Assembly: GCA_963712965.1 (NCBI GenBank)
Contig: CAVQJZ010000007.1
Location: 134,015-198,014, forward strand
DNA length: 64,000 nucleotides
From: an uncultured Pseudomonadota bacterium
GTDB taxonomy: Bacteria; Pseudomonadota; Gammaproteobacteria; DASZBR01
Direction: 5' to 3'
Part shown: positions 10,937 to 19,805 of the stretch, in pieces
How positions within the stretch are numbered: the stretch's first letter is position 1
Layout of the letters: each line of letters opens with the position of its first letter
Notes under the pieces: generated by a model
The model's input: the letters and a program-made list of their open reading frames with translations, nothing else
What the model was told of the DNA's origin: nothing
The model's database searches: none
Program-made: the position numbers and the translations under genes

Positions 10937-11730
10937 GCTGCTACTTCCACTGTTTGAGTTGAAAAACTTTGTTCCCGTCTTTTAGCTAATTCACTGGCTA
11001 ACGCCGCATACGCTTGCGCACCTGGTGATTGTTTGTCGTATAACACACCTGGCATACCATGACTGGGCGCTTCAGCTAATCGCACATTACGTGGAATAGA
11101 AGTTTCATACACTTTATCACCAAAATGTGTGGTTAATTGTTCAGAAACTTGTAGCGCTAGCGACGTACGACCATCAAACATCGTGCGCAACAAACCTTCA
11201 ATATGTAATTTTTTATTCACGCTCTGACTAATTTTTTCGACGGTATTTAATAAGCTGGTTAATCCTTCCAAAGCATAATATTCACATTGAACAGGAATCA
11301 ACACAGAATCCGATGCGACTAACGCATTAATCGTCAACATATTAAGCGAGGGCGGACAATCAATTAAAATAAAATCAAAACGCCCGCGTACTTGACTGAT
11401 AATTTTGAGTAATCGATGTTCGCGCAATGGCGATTGCAATAAACTAACTTCGGCTTCGGTTAAATCCCCATTGGCGGGTAATACTTCAAATCCCCATTGG
11501 CTGTGTTGCAAGACAGCTGTTAATTCAGCGCGATCTAATAATAAATCATTGATACTATGATCGAGTTGATTTTTATTAATGCCGCATCCCATGGTGGCAT
11601 TACCTTGTGGATCTAAATCAATGAGCAATACTTGATAATGTTGTGCACTTAACGCGGCGGCTAAATTAACACACGTAGTGGTTTTTCCCACCCCGCCTTT
11701 TTGATTGGTAATCGCAATCACTTTTCCCAT
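10933..11730 (-). CDS. parA: Chromosome partitioning ATPase ParA (Soj)
   Basis: 265 aa. Deviant Walker A NQKGGVGKTTT. 4-nt overlap with parB. Confidence 0.95.
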   Translation of the reverse strand: MGKVIAITNQKGGVGKTTTCVNLAAALSAQHYQVLLIDLDPQGNATMGCGINKNQLDHSINDLLLDRAELTAVLQHSQWGFEVLPANGDLTEAEVSLLQSPLREHRLLKIISQVRGRFDFILIDCPPSLNMLTINALVASDSVLIPVQCEYYALEGLTSLLNTVEKISQSVNKKLHIEGLLRTMFDGRTSLALQVSEQLTTHFGDKVYETSIPRNVRLAEAPSHGMPGVLYDKQSPGAQAYAALASELAKRREQSFSTQTVEVAA

Positions 11731-11733
11731 ACG

Positions 11734-12363
11734 CTAGGTTAGGCCTACTTCAATTAAATGACGCTCCGCATCTAACGCAGGAATTTCCAAACGATGTGCG
11801 CCAACAATGGAAAATCCTTCAGGCAAATCTTCTAATTCAATTAAAGGATACACGCCTTTCATGGCTAAAAATCTCCCTTGAGGTTTGGCAAATTTTTTCG
11901 ATGAGATTAAAAATTCACGCAACGTTGAAAACGCACGACAAATAACAGTATCAAAGGGTTCATGTGTCAATTCTTCAACACGTTGATGCACTATTTTAAC
12001 ATTCGTTAAATGTAACGCATGCACAGCCTGCACTAGAAAACGCGTTTTTTTCTGATTGCTGTCGACTAACACAAATTGTTTGTCAGGAAAAATTAATGCT
12101 AACGGAATACCGGGTAATCCAGCGCCTGTGCCCACATCTAAAATGATATTGCCTTTGATAAAAGACGCGATACTTAAACTATCTAATAAATGACGAACCA
12201 CCATCGCATCCAAATCACGAATCGCCGTTAAATTATACGCACGATTCCATTTGGAAATTAATTCAATAAAATTAATTAAGGCATGCTCCACTTTCGCGGG
12301 TTGCGGTTGATTTAATTTATGCAGACCTTGGTGTAACAAATCCAATAATTCAATGCGAGACAT
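11734..12363 (-). CDS. rsmG: 16S rRNA (guanine527-N7)-methyltransferase
   Basis: 209 aa. WNRAYNLTAIRD and SAM motif LDVGTGAGLPGIPLAI. Confidence 0.93.
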   Translation of the reverse strand: MSRIELLDLLHQGLHKLNQPQPAKVEHALINFIELISKWNRAYNLTAIRDLDAMVVRHLLDSLSIASFIKGNIILDVGTGAGLPGIPLALIFPDKQFVLVDSNQKKTRFLVQAVHALHLTNVKIVHQRVEELTHEPFDTVICRAFSTLREFLISSKKFAKPQGRFLAMKGVYPLIELEDLPEGFSIVGAHRLEIPALDAERHLIEVGLT

Positions 12364-13840
12364 AATATATCATTACCTTATCACTACGTTTATTAGCAAA
12401 AACTTTCACCGGTTCGTACGGCAATTGTGCCACCATTTGTTTGAAAGTGGTATTAGCATTATGATCCACACGAATGGCTAACCAATCGTACCCATGAAAG
12501 TGTTTTGTTTTCAATGGTGTAAGATCAAATACTGCACGCGCTTCACGCCAGTGATTAGCATAAAACAATACTTCAGGACTATTACTATAGACAGGTGCGT
12601 TTTCTGCATGCTGTGCTAGCCAATCCCCGCCATCGCGCAAATACGCTTTAGAAACACCGGCAGGCATAACCACAAAATAACTCATCACCACCAAACCCAA
12701 TACCAATAAATAACGTCCCCAACGTGGCCAATGTAACAACCAATACTCCAGCGCAAGCGGTGCCCACAAGAGCAACAAAAAACAACCCGGCACTAAATAA
12801 CGCGAGGCTAAAAAATAATCTTGCGAAAGAAAAATAATAGGGATCAAAAATGTTAATCCCATCACGGCGATCAAAACATATTTGCGATCAGTGTCTAATG
12901 GCAATGGTAAATGCGCCAACGCATAAATGACCAAAATTAAATAAGGCAGTCCCAAAACACCCACAACATTATTAATTAAAAACCCCACTAAACCAGAAAA
13001 TAAAAACACGCCCGCACTTTCACCAATCGAATTCACTAATACTGTTTGCTGTAATTGTTGCGCGACTTGATTAAATTTGTTCACTGTCATCATGAGCCCA
13101 TCACGAAACTCGCCAGCGATTTCATTCAAACGACCCAATTGATTGAGACTGTGATGATGACCAAATAACAACCACAGCAATAAACCCAACACAGATACCC
13201 AAATTAAACTACCCACTTGCACAACTTGCCAACATCGTTTCGACCAAGCAAGCGATTGTTGCAACAATAAAAAAAATGGCGCGAACAAACAAAGAATGGC
13301 GCCTTCCATACGAAATAATGTTCCCATCATTAATAAAAGACCAAAACACCACGCGCGCCACCACGAAGGGTTACGCATATAACATAATAATTGCCAACAA
13401 GAGAGCAACATCAGCGCCCAATAAACCGGATCACGAATAACAAAAATGCGGTGTTTATTCAGTTCTGTAAACAACAACATAACTAAAATACCGCACCACA
13501 AAACAGAACGAGCAACACCACATTCTTGAAGAATTAAAAGATAGGCAACGATAGCCAACGAAATAAAAAATGTATTAATCGCATAGGCGCTATTGAGCAA
13601 ACTTAAATGCGTTAACTGATGCAACCATGCGATACACAAAGAATAAAATGGCCAGGGATAAAGTAATTTGGCTTGTGCTAATCCTTCATGCAAATAGGTT
13701 TTTGCGACTAATAGATAAAGAATTCCATCAAGATTAATAGGTTCATGGTGTGCCAAAAGATTGACTAACGAGATGGCAATGCTCAACAAAAAAGCCCACA
13801 AAAGTAAGCGCTTTTGTGGGCGCATGATGCTATCCACCAA
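12350..13840 (-). CDS. Polytopic inner-membrane protein with a C-terminal soluble domain; GT-C (ArnT/PMT_2)-like glycosyltransferase architecture
   Basis: 496 aa: about 11-13 TM helices, then a ~95-aa hydrophilic tail. The first loop NLDGILYLLVAKTY...PWPFYS resembles the acidic first loop of ArnT/PMT_2 proteins (pattern recognition only). Overlaps the icmX stop by 11 nt and the rsmG start by 14 nt. Confidence 0.45.
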   Translation of the reverse strand: MVDSIMRPQKRLLLWAFLLSIAISLVNLLAHHEPINLDGILYLLVAKTYLHEGLAQAKLLYPWPFYSLCIAWLHQLTHLSLLNSAYAINTFFISLAIVAYLLILQECGVARSVLWCGILVMLLFTELNKHRIFVIRDPVYWALMLLSCWQLLCYMRNPSWWRAWCFGLLLMMGTLFRMEGAILCLFAPFFLLLQQSLAWSKRCWQVVQVGSLIWVSVLGLLLWLLFGHHHSLNQLGRLNEIAGEFRDGLMMTVNKFNQVAQQLQQTVLVNSIGESAGVFLFSGLVGFLINNVVGVLGLPYLILVIYALAHLPLPLDTDRKYVLIAVMGLTFLIPIIFLSQDYFLASRYLVPGCFLLLLWAPLALEYWLLHWPRWGRYLLVLGLVVMSYFVVMPAGVSKAYLRDGGDWLAQHAENAPVYSNSPEVLFYANHWREARAVFDLTPLKTKHFHGYDWLAIRVDHNANTTFKQMVAQLPYEPVKVFANKRSDKVMIYYVSH

Positions 13841-14954
13841 GGCTCTTGTTAATCATGATCTGCTGACTACCCAACGTTGCAGTCGCCATACCATTGGCCT
13901 GCATTTGTATCATCGACATCGTAGCTAGCAATCGTTCATTGGTCATCTGCATTTGCAACATTTGTTGTTGCATTTCTGCTAAGACATACAATGTTTCACG
14001 TTGTAACACAGCAGGCGACGCATTATTCATCGCTTGATACCACGCTGTATTTCCCACACGGCGATTAATCATAAATTTTTCTAATTGCAAAAGACTCGCA
14101 TCAGCCACAGGCTTTTCAGTTCCATCGGTAGGCAATGTCGTCATACCTGCTTGTGTGCCCAAACCTTTGGTGATACTTCGTTCTTGCGCCAAGTAATTTA
14201 AATTGCTGATCGCTAATGATTGAGCCGCAACAATGGCACGCTTTGCTAAAAGAAATTGCTGCACATTAGGGCGTGATAATTGCTGATTACGTGTTGTTGT
14301 ATCGCTACTTAATGCAAGCGTTGGTAATGGTTGTGCCATACCGGATAAAAATGACATTAAATTATTCACTGCTGTTTGCTGTGTACTATCGTAACCATCG
14401 CTACCTAATAAAGTGTCCACATCAAATGCCGAATTATCAACCACCGGACAATTTTGTCCTTGGCAAGGAATAGCTGTGTCAGTACCTGGCACAGACAACA
14501 AGGCTTGTCCAAAAAATAAACTGCTTGGTGATAACAATCTCGTAATATTACTCAACGTCAATTTCGCTGCAGCGCCTACTGTATTTTGATCGGCGGTAAT
14601 TTTTTGCAAATTAAGCGCCATGGTTACATCTGTTTTATAACCACCCACACTTGTCACACTCGCTTTTTCTAACTGGTAAAAGAAATCAGCGTAATTAACA
14701 AGTTGCGCGAGATTGGCACCAATCCAAGGCAAATAAGGCAAAAAATTATAGGCATTCACTTCTGCGGTAGGAACAGCTGCTGTACCTGCTGCAGGTAAAT
14801 TATAAGGCCAAACTAAATTAGGATAACCTGGCGCTGGTACTGTTGGCGCAGCTGCCACATTTCGTGGCGGTGGTGCATATGCGGTGTCAGCAAAACTTGT
14901 GCTAACAGCAAACAAACTTGCCAATAATAATCCCTTTGAAAATAAGTGTTTCAT
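13830..14954 (-). CDS. icmX: Dot/Icm T4BSS periplasmic component IcmX (assigned mainly by synteny)
   Basis: 374 aa. Sec signal MKHLFSKGLLLASLFAVSTSFA, then a Pro/Ala-rich segment. Position downstream of icmW matches Legionella and Coxiella. Confidence 0.6.
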   Translation of the reverse strand: MKHLFSKGLLLASLFAVSTSFADTAYAPPPRNVAAAPTVPAPGYPNLVWPYNLPAAGTAAVPTAEVNAYNFLPYLPWIGANLAQLVNYADFFYQLEKASVTSVGGYKTDVTMALNLQKITADQNTVGAAAKLTLSNITRLLSPSSLFFGQALLSVPGTDTAIPCQGQNCPVVDNSAFDVDTLLGSDGYDSTQQTAVNNLMSFLSGMAQPLPTLALSSDTTTRNQQLSRPNVQQFLLAKRAIVAAQSLAISNLNYLAQERSITKGLGTQAGMTTLPTDGTEKPVADASLLQLEKFMINRRVGNTAWYQAMNNASPAVLQRETLYVLAEMQQQMLQMQMTNERLLATMSMIQMQANGMATATLGSQQIMINKSLGG

Positions 14955-14975
14955 AAAAGCTCCTTGGCTATGCTA

Positions 14976-15407
14976 TTAGCGAAAAATATTAATTGAAGAA
15001 TCCGATGAATTTTTTTGATTGCTGTTATTAGGATTTGCTGGCAAATAAATATTGGGTGGTGTGCTCGCTTGATTTTGATTCGTTGTAGTCGTAGCAGGCA
15101 CATTCGCACTAGAAGTATTGGATTGATTTGGTGGCATTTGTTGTTGTGTCGATGGCGCTGGTGTTGGAGGCACGGGTGCCGCTGGTGCAGCAGGCAATGT
15201 TTTTGTGGGAATACCACTTCGATTATTAATCGTCGGTGCTTGGGGTTGTGGATAATTACGGTTAAATTGATCGGCGGCACTGGCGTTTGATTTATTCAGC
15301 AACTGCTGCATGTGATCCGTATACGGGTTAACGTTTTTATTTTCTTGTGCCCAAGCAAAAACACAAAAAAACAATAACCCACCTGCTATAAAAATATATT
15401 TACGCAT
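14976..15407 (-). CDS. Small exported Pro/Thr/Asn/Gln-rich low-complexity protein between icmW and icmX
   Basis: 143 aa. Signal peptide MRKYIFIAGGLLFFCVFAWA. Body ...PAAPAAPVPPTPAPSTQQQMPPNQSNTSS.... 8-nt overlap with the icmW stop. Coxiella also carries an orphan ORF at this position (from memory). Confidence 0.6.
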   Translation of the reverse strand: MRKYIFIAGGLLFFCVFAWAQENKNVNPYTDHMQQLLNKSNASAADQFNRNYPQPQAPTINNRSGIPTKTLPAAPAAPVPPTPAPSTQQQMPPNQSNTSSANVPATTTTNQNQASTPPNIYLPANPNNSNQKNSSDSSINIFR

Positions 15408-15861
15408 GTTCTTCTCCCTCTAATGCTTTCATGACCAATCCAAAACGCGCTGCTGAAAAAACGCGACTTAATAAACGCAATCGTTCAAACACAATATTGC
15501 GACGCAAAAATAAACCCGCGGCATCATCTGGGCTTTCAGAAATTTCTTCGGCGTGAATTAATAATTTTGATGCGGATCCAGGATGCGCGGTATCAATTGC
15601 TTGCAATAATCGGAGCACACGCGATGTTTTGACATGACAGGCGATACGAATAAATAATTGTTGCTGACCTAACTGCGATAAATCAATAGAACTAATATCA
15701 TCTAATTCTTTGCCTAATGCTTGTAATACATTTTCAACGCTAGCTTGACCATCGAACGTCCAACGTTCAACACCTTCCATAAATATCACCACACGATAAA
15801 CGGATTTATCTTGATATTCGTGCCAAAACTTGTGCACTGCTTCACGACTAAAATCTGGCAT
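15400..15861 (-). CDS. icmW: Dot/Icm type IV adaptor/chaperone IcmW
   Basis: 153 aa. MPDFSREA...YRVVIFMEGVERWTFDG...LRLLQAIDTAHPGSASKLLIHAEE...RNIVFERLRLLSRVF closely matches the L. pneumophila IcmW sequence as I recall it. Confidence 0.9.
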   Translation of the reverse strand: MPDFSREAVHKFWHEYQDKSVYRVVIFMEGVERWTFDGQASVENVLQALGKELDDISSIDLSQLGQQQLFIRIACHVKTSRVLRLLQAIDTAHPGSASKLLIHAEEISESPDDAAGLFLRRNIVFERLRLLSRVFSAARFGLVMKALEGEEHA

Positions 15862-16016
15862 ACATTTTGAGACCTATGCGAAAGTGAACTATCCACCTGA
15901 GTATAGTAAATGTCCTTTCGTTGTCAATTTATTATACCTTTAATCAACATGGCGCTTTGTCATTGATGTGCTATGCTTATCTACCATGGATTTTTATTTT
16001 TTATCAGCGGGTGTTT

Positions 16017-16466
16017 ATGGGAATAAAATCAGGCACTAAAAAGTTTTTCAAACCTCTCGTAGATGTCCCTTCATGGATTGGCTTTGGTCAATTAAAAGAA
16101 CGTACCGGCTATATTGCCAGCGTTATCAAAAATATTTTTACTATAGACAAACCTTCTGAGTCCAAAGAAACATTTGACGAAGCCGCAAAAAGACTTCATC
16201 TAGATGAAGCTACACTTTCAAGAAGACAGAAAGGGTTTCAACGTCTTGTAATAATTTATCTCGTGCTAAGCCTCACTATAACTACCTATCTAATTTACTC
16301 ATTGTGGCAATCTGCTTGGCTTGCGAGCATGGCATCTTTTGGAATTTTAGCAGTCCTGCTGGGACAATTGTTTCGATATCACTTTTGGTTATTCCAACTT
16401 CGTCAACGTCGATTAGGTTGCACTTTTCGTGAGTGGCTCAATGGTTTGGTAGGTAGGGCAAAATGA
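16017..16466 (+). CDS. icmV: Dot/Icm inner-membrane protein IcmV
   Basis: 149 aa from MGIKSGTKKFFKPLVDVPSWIGFGQLKE, two TM helices. Divergent from icmW and ATGA-coupled to dotA, as in Legionella region I. Confidence 0.8.
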   Translation: MGIKSGTKKFFKPLVDVPSWIGFGQLKERTGYIASVIKNIFTIDKPSESKETFDEAAKRLHLDEATLSRRQKGFQRLVIIYLVLSLTITTYLIYSLWQSAWLASMASFGILAVLLGQLFRYHFWLFQLRQRRLGCTFREWLNGLVGRAK

Positions 16467-18997
16467 AACGCTTATTAGTTCTATTATTCACCGTATTTTT
16501 TTCGCCTTTAGTATTGGCGCAATCTATTGGCTCAATTGGAAACCTGAGCCTTACACCACCGCCAGGCGATGTGTCTGTTGCATTTTTGAGCAATATATTT
16601 GGCTCTGTCGACGGCGTTCTTCATGGTTCTGGCAGCCAATTACTCGGCAACATGTTTGGCGTATTTAATGCCGCCGTACTTTTTTTGGGTGGCCTTGTCA
16701 TACTTTACACACTGCTTATTTCTACTTTAAACACAGCGCACGAGGGTGAAGTATTAGGAAAAGATTGGTCTTCCATTTGGGTACCTCTGAAAATGGTTAC
16801 GGGTATCGCATTACTAATTCCTAAAGCAAGCGGCTATTCATTCATTCAGATATTTATGATGTGGGTAGCAGTAATGGGCATCGGTGCTGCGGACAGCATG
16901 TGGAATGTTGCGGTGAACTACCTCTCTCAGGGTGGCTCTCTCATACAACAAAATCAACCTGTTCCTGCTTCACTGTTGACGAATTCTGGCACTGTTTTTA
17001 AATCACTCGCTTGCACTTTCACACTGCAAAACCAATTGAAACAATACCGCAATGATCAAATTAGTAATGGCGTTCAACCAATTGCTGTTGTACCCGATTT
17101 TTATCAAGCAATCCTAACTGCACTAAATACAAACGGAAGCTCTGGATTAGTACAATTCCCGCCAAGCACACTACCGGCACCTTACGATAAGCTTGCTGGC
17201 GCCTGTGGTTCAGTTTCTTGGACGGCAGCATCAGCGAAAGTACTTCCTTACTATGTATTCGACGATAACCATCGGATGTTACCTCAATACCACTACATGA
17301 GTGCTGCCTACAACAGCGCGAAGAAACAAGCTGTCTCTGAAATAATCACTAACCTCGTGCCTGGCGCCATATTAGCTGCCGCTAATTACGATCGCAGCAA
17401 ATTACCGCTTGGTAAAATGTTGTCAACGAGCCCATTGCAATGGGGATGGGATGATAACAAACCATACATTCTGCCTGGATCACTTTTAAGCGATTCAGCA
17501 TCGAGCTATATGGCAATCATGTCACCCGTTGTACGCACACTCACAGCTTCCAGCAGTAGCTCCATTTATAATACCAAAGACTTAGCAAACAGTAAGGACC
17601 AGGGCTGGGCGTTGGCTTCTACTTACTATTACGATATTACTCAAGCAAATACCTATGCCACCAGCGCATGGAGTTCAGCCGCTGACTTTACAGCGACTGG
17701 CCCATCAAATGATTTAAGTAATTCGTCAATTATTACCAGCGTACTTCCGGCGAATAGTGCTTACGTTGGAAACATTAATACGATGGTAAATGGCAACGCT
17801 AATTATGCGATACCTTCTTATCTTACTCAGGCAACCTCGTATGGCCAGCAACTTACTTATGGAAGAGTAACTCCTGTCAACAGTTATCGGGATGCGTTGG
17901 GCGGTGGTGATAGCGGAGAAATAGTTGCCGCTCTGTTGAGCGCGGTCAGCCAAGGGATGACTGAAGTATTTGAAGGGTTTTGGAATTTAGAAAATGCGCA
18001 AGGGACAAATGAAGATCCTGTTATCTCCGTAGCAAGATTGGGCGCTGGCTTGGTCAGTCAGTCAGTCACATGGATGATCACCATTTCCGGCATCGTATTT
18101 GATATTACTTTTGCAATGGGCGCATTTTTTGGCACTACTTTTTCATCTGCGATGCTCGCTTTGATCACACCATTAACTTCTGCACTAACACCTATATTCG
18201 TTCTGCTTTTGACAACTGGAATAACGTTAGCTTTTTACCTCCCTCTTATACCTTTTATCTTATTCACCTTCGGTGTAGTGGGTTGGTTTATCACAGTAAT
18301 TGAAGCGATGTGCGCTGCTCCGCTTGTAGCACTCGGAATAACTCATCCTGGCGGGCATCCGATTTTGGGTAAGGCTGATCCCGCGGTATTATTGCTCGTC
18401 AACGTATTTATTCGACCAACACTGATGATCATCGGCCTTCTGGTTGGAATGATGCTAAGTTATGTGAGCGTATGGCTTCTCAATAAAGGGTTTTTTCATA
18501 TTATTTCTTCGAGCGTGTGGCCAGTACTAGGAGGTCTTTCATTTTGGTTTGCCTGGGTAGGAGTTTTAATTGTCTATACAGCTGTCATCGTGCAACTAAT
18601 GCATAAAAGTTTTTCGCTCACCTACGTTATACCAGATCAAGTATTCAAATGGATCGGTACCAATATTCAAGGCATGGGTGGTGAAGAACAAGCAGAACAA
18701 GCAATTGCTGGCAGCGTCCACAAAGCAGCTGAAGGCGCTGCTTCTGCTGTAGGCACAGCAACGAAAGGCATGGGTGAAGCAGGCGAAAAAGTCGGCGGCG
18801 CAGTCCATAGCGCAGCAGGAAAAGCTGTGAGCACAGTACAAAAAGGTGCCCAAACTGCTATCAGCGCTGTTGGCAGTGTAGCGGGGAGTGCTGGTGGTGG
18901 CGGTGGTGGTGGCGGCGGCGGTGCCGTTGGTGGTGTCACCAAAGCCGGCAGCGGAGTAATCCAAGGCGCCAACGTCATGGATGCTGAGAAGAAATAG
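16463..18997 (+). CDS. dotA: Dot/Icm polytopic membrane protein DotA
   Basis: 844 aa: signal/TM, large periplasmic loop, cluster of C-terminal TM helices, Ala/Gly-rich tail. Position icmV-dotA. Confidence 0.85.
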   Translation: MKRLLVLLFTVFFSPLVLAQSIGSIGNLSLTPPPGDVSVAFLSNIFGSVDGVLHGSGSQLLGNMFGVFNAAVLFLGGLVILYTLLISTLNTAHEGEVLGKDWSSIWVPLKMVTGIALLIPKASGYSFIQIFMMWVAVMGIGAADSMWNVAVNYLSQGGSLIQQNQPVPASLLTNSGTVFKSLACTFTLQNQLKQYRNDQISNGVQPIAVVPDFYQAILTALNTNGSSGLVQFPPSTLPAPYDKLAGACGSVSWTAASAKVLPYYVFDDNHRMLPQYHYMSAAYNSAKKQAVSEIITNLVPGAILAAANYDRSKLPLGKMLSTSPLQWGWDDNKPYILPGSLLSDSASSYMAIMSPVVRTLTASSSSSIYNTKDLANSKDQGWALASTYYYDITQANTYATSAWSSAADFTATGPSNDLSNSSIITSVLPANSAYVGNINTMVNGNANYAIPSYLTQATSYGQQLTYGRVTPVNSYRDALGGGDSGEIVAALLSAVSQGMTEVFEGFWNLENAQGTNEDPVISVARLGAGLVSQSVTWMITISGIVFDITFAMGAFFGTTFSSAMLALITPLTSALTPIFVLLLTTGITLAFYLPLIPFILFTFGVVGWFITVIEAMCAAPLVALGITHPGGHPILGKADPAVLLLVNVFIRPTLMIIGLLVGMMLSYVSVWLLNKGFFHIISSSVWPVLGGLSFWFAWVGVLIVYTAVIVQLMHKSFSLTYVIPDQVFKWIGTNIQGMGGEEQAEQAIAGSVHKAAEGAASAVGTATKGMGEAGEKVGGAVHSAAGKAVSTVQKGAQTAISAVGSVAGSAGGGGGGGGGGAVGGVTKAGSGVIQGANVMDAEKK

Positions 18998-19010
18998 GAG
19001 TAAGACACAG

Positions 19011-19805
19011 ATGATAAATCACAGAGATTTTGAATCATTACTTGACGCCATCAATGATGGATCTTCAACAGCCATCAAACGATTTGTTCAGTACATGTAC
19101 TATCATCATCAGGCAATCGATAATGCGACTTATCAGCAACATCAAAAAATAGCTTTCGATTATTTTTCTGAAAAAGCACGCGAGGGCAACCCGATTGCTC
19201 AAGCGTGTTTGACTATCCTTTATCTGAGTGATTTTGGTGATCCTACCATTGCAGCAACCAAAGCGTTCGAGTGGGCACGCCGCTCAGCAGCATCAGGCAA
19301 CACTGATGGCGAAAGTTTATTGGGATATCTTTATCTCGACGGCATTGGTATTACACAAAATTACACCCACGCAATGGAATGGCTACAAAAAGCCGCTGAA
19401 AAAAACCATTCAACTGCTATAAATAACATAGGCGTAATTTATGAAAACGGCCTTGGCGTAACTAAAAACTTAAAAGAAGCTCTCAAATGGTATCGCAAAA
19501 GCGCTGAACAAGATGACGCAGTTGCCGAGCAAAACTTGGGTCGTTGTTACAGTCAAGGTATTGGTGTTACACAAGATTTCACTGCTGCTATCCAATGGTA
19601 TGAACGCGCAATAGAAAAAGGCCACCCTTCTGCACTAAACAATTTAGGATTTATGTATGAAAACGGATATGGCGTCGAAGTCAATCTTAGAAAAGCCATC
19701 GAATATTATTTAAAAGCGGCTAAAGCTTTCAAACCAATTGCATTGGCTAATCTTGAACGTTTGAGAAAAAATGGTCACGAAAAATTGATCGAAGAATTAA
19801 GCTAA
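19011..19805 (+). CDS. Sel1-like repeat (SLR) protein
   Basis: 264 aa from MINHRDF with AGGAG Shine-Dalgarno at 18996-19000, inside the dotA 3' end. At least five SLR units (A..W..KAAE.G...A..NLG..Y..G.GV..N...A..WY.KA). Confidence 0.85.
   Translation: MINHRDFESLLDAINDGSSTAIKRFVQYMYYHHQAIDNATYQQHQKIAFDYFSEKAREGNPIAQACLTILYLSDFGDPTIAATKAFEWARRSAASGNTDGESLLGYLYLDGIGITQNYTHAMEWLQKAAEKNHSTAINNIGVIYENGLGVTKNLKEALKWYRKSAEQDDAVAEQNLGRCYSQGIGVTQDFTAAIQWYERAIEKGHPSALNNLGFMYENGYGVEVNLRKAIEYYLKAAKAFKPIALANLERLRKNGHEKLIEELS

Noticed and set aside
15247-15255. Perfect DnaA box TGTGGATAA; is oriC near rsmG-parAB?
   Set aside because: It is a single box inside a coding region. The other near-matches are scattered (e.g. 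~5036, ~12470), and there is no AT-rich DUE or box cluster. The mnmG/oriC side of the locus has been rearranged away.
14951-15290. 109-aa (-) and 91-aa (+) ORFs overlapping the 143-aa icmW-icmX spacer gene
   Set aside because: These are alternative frames of a low-complexity CCN/CAN-rich stretch. Only the 143-aa frame has a signal peptide and translational coupling to icmW.
15862-16016. PmrA-type tandem TTAAT repeats in the icmW/icmV divergent promoter
   Set aside because: Only TCAAT (15924) and TTAAT (15940) are present, at 16-nt spacing. That does not match the ~11-nt direct-repeat geometry I recall for PmrA sites, so it is not convincing.
18596-19038. Two antisense ORFs (122 and 123 aa) opposite the dotA 3' end, one with a poly-Pro run
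   Set aside because: They are mirror images of the Ala/Gly-rich, GGN-repeat DotA tail. They have no Shine-Dalgarno or independent support and are fully embedded in a well-supported gene.
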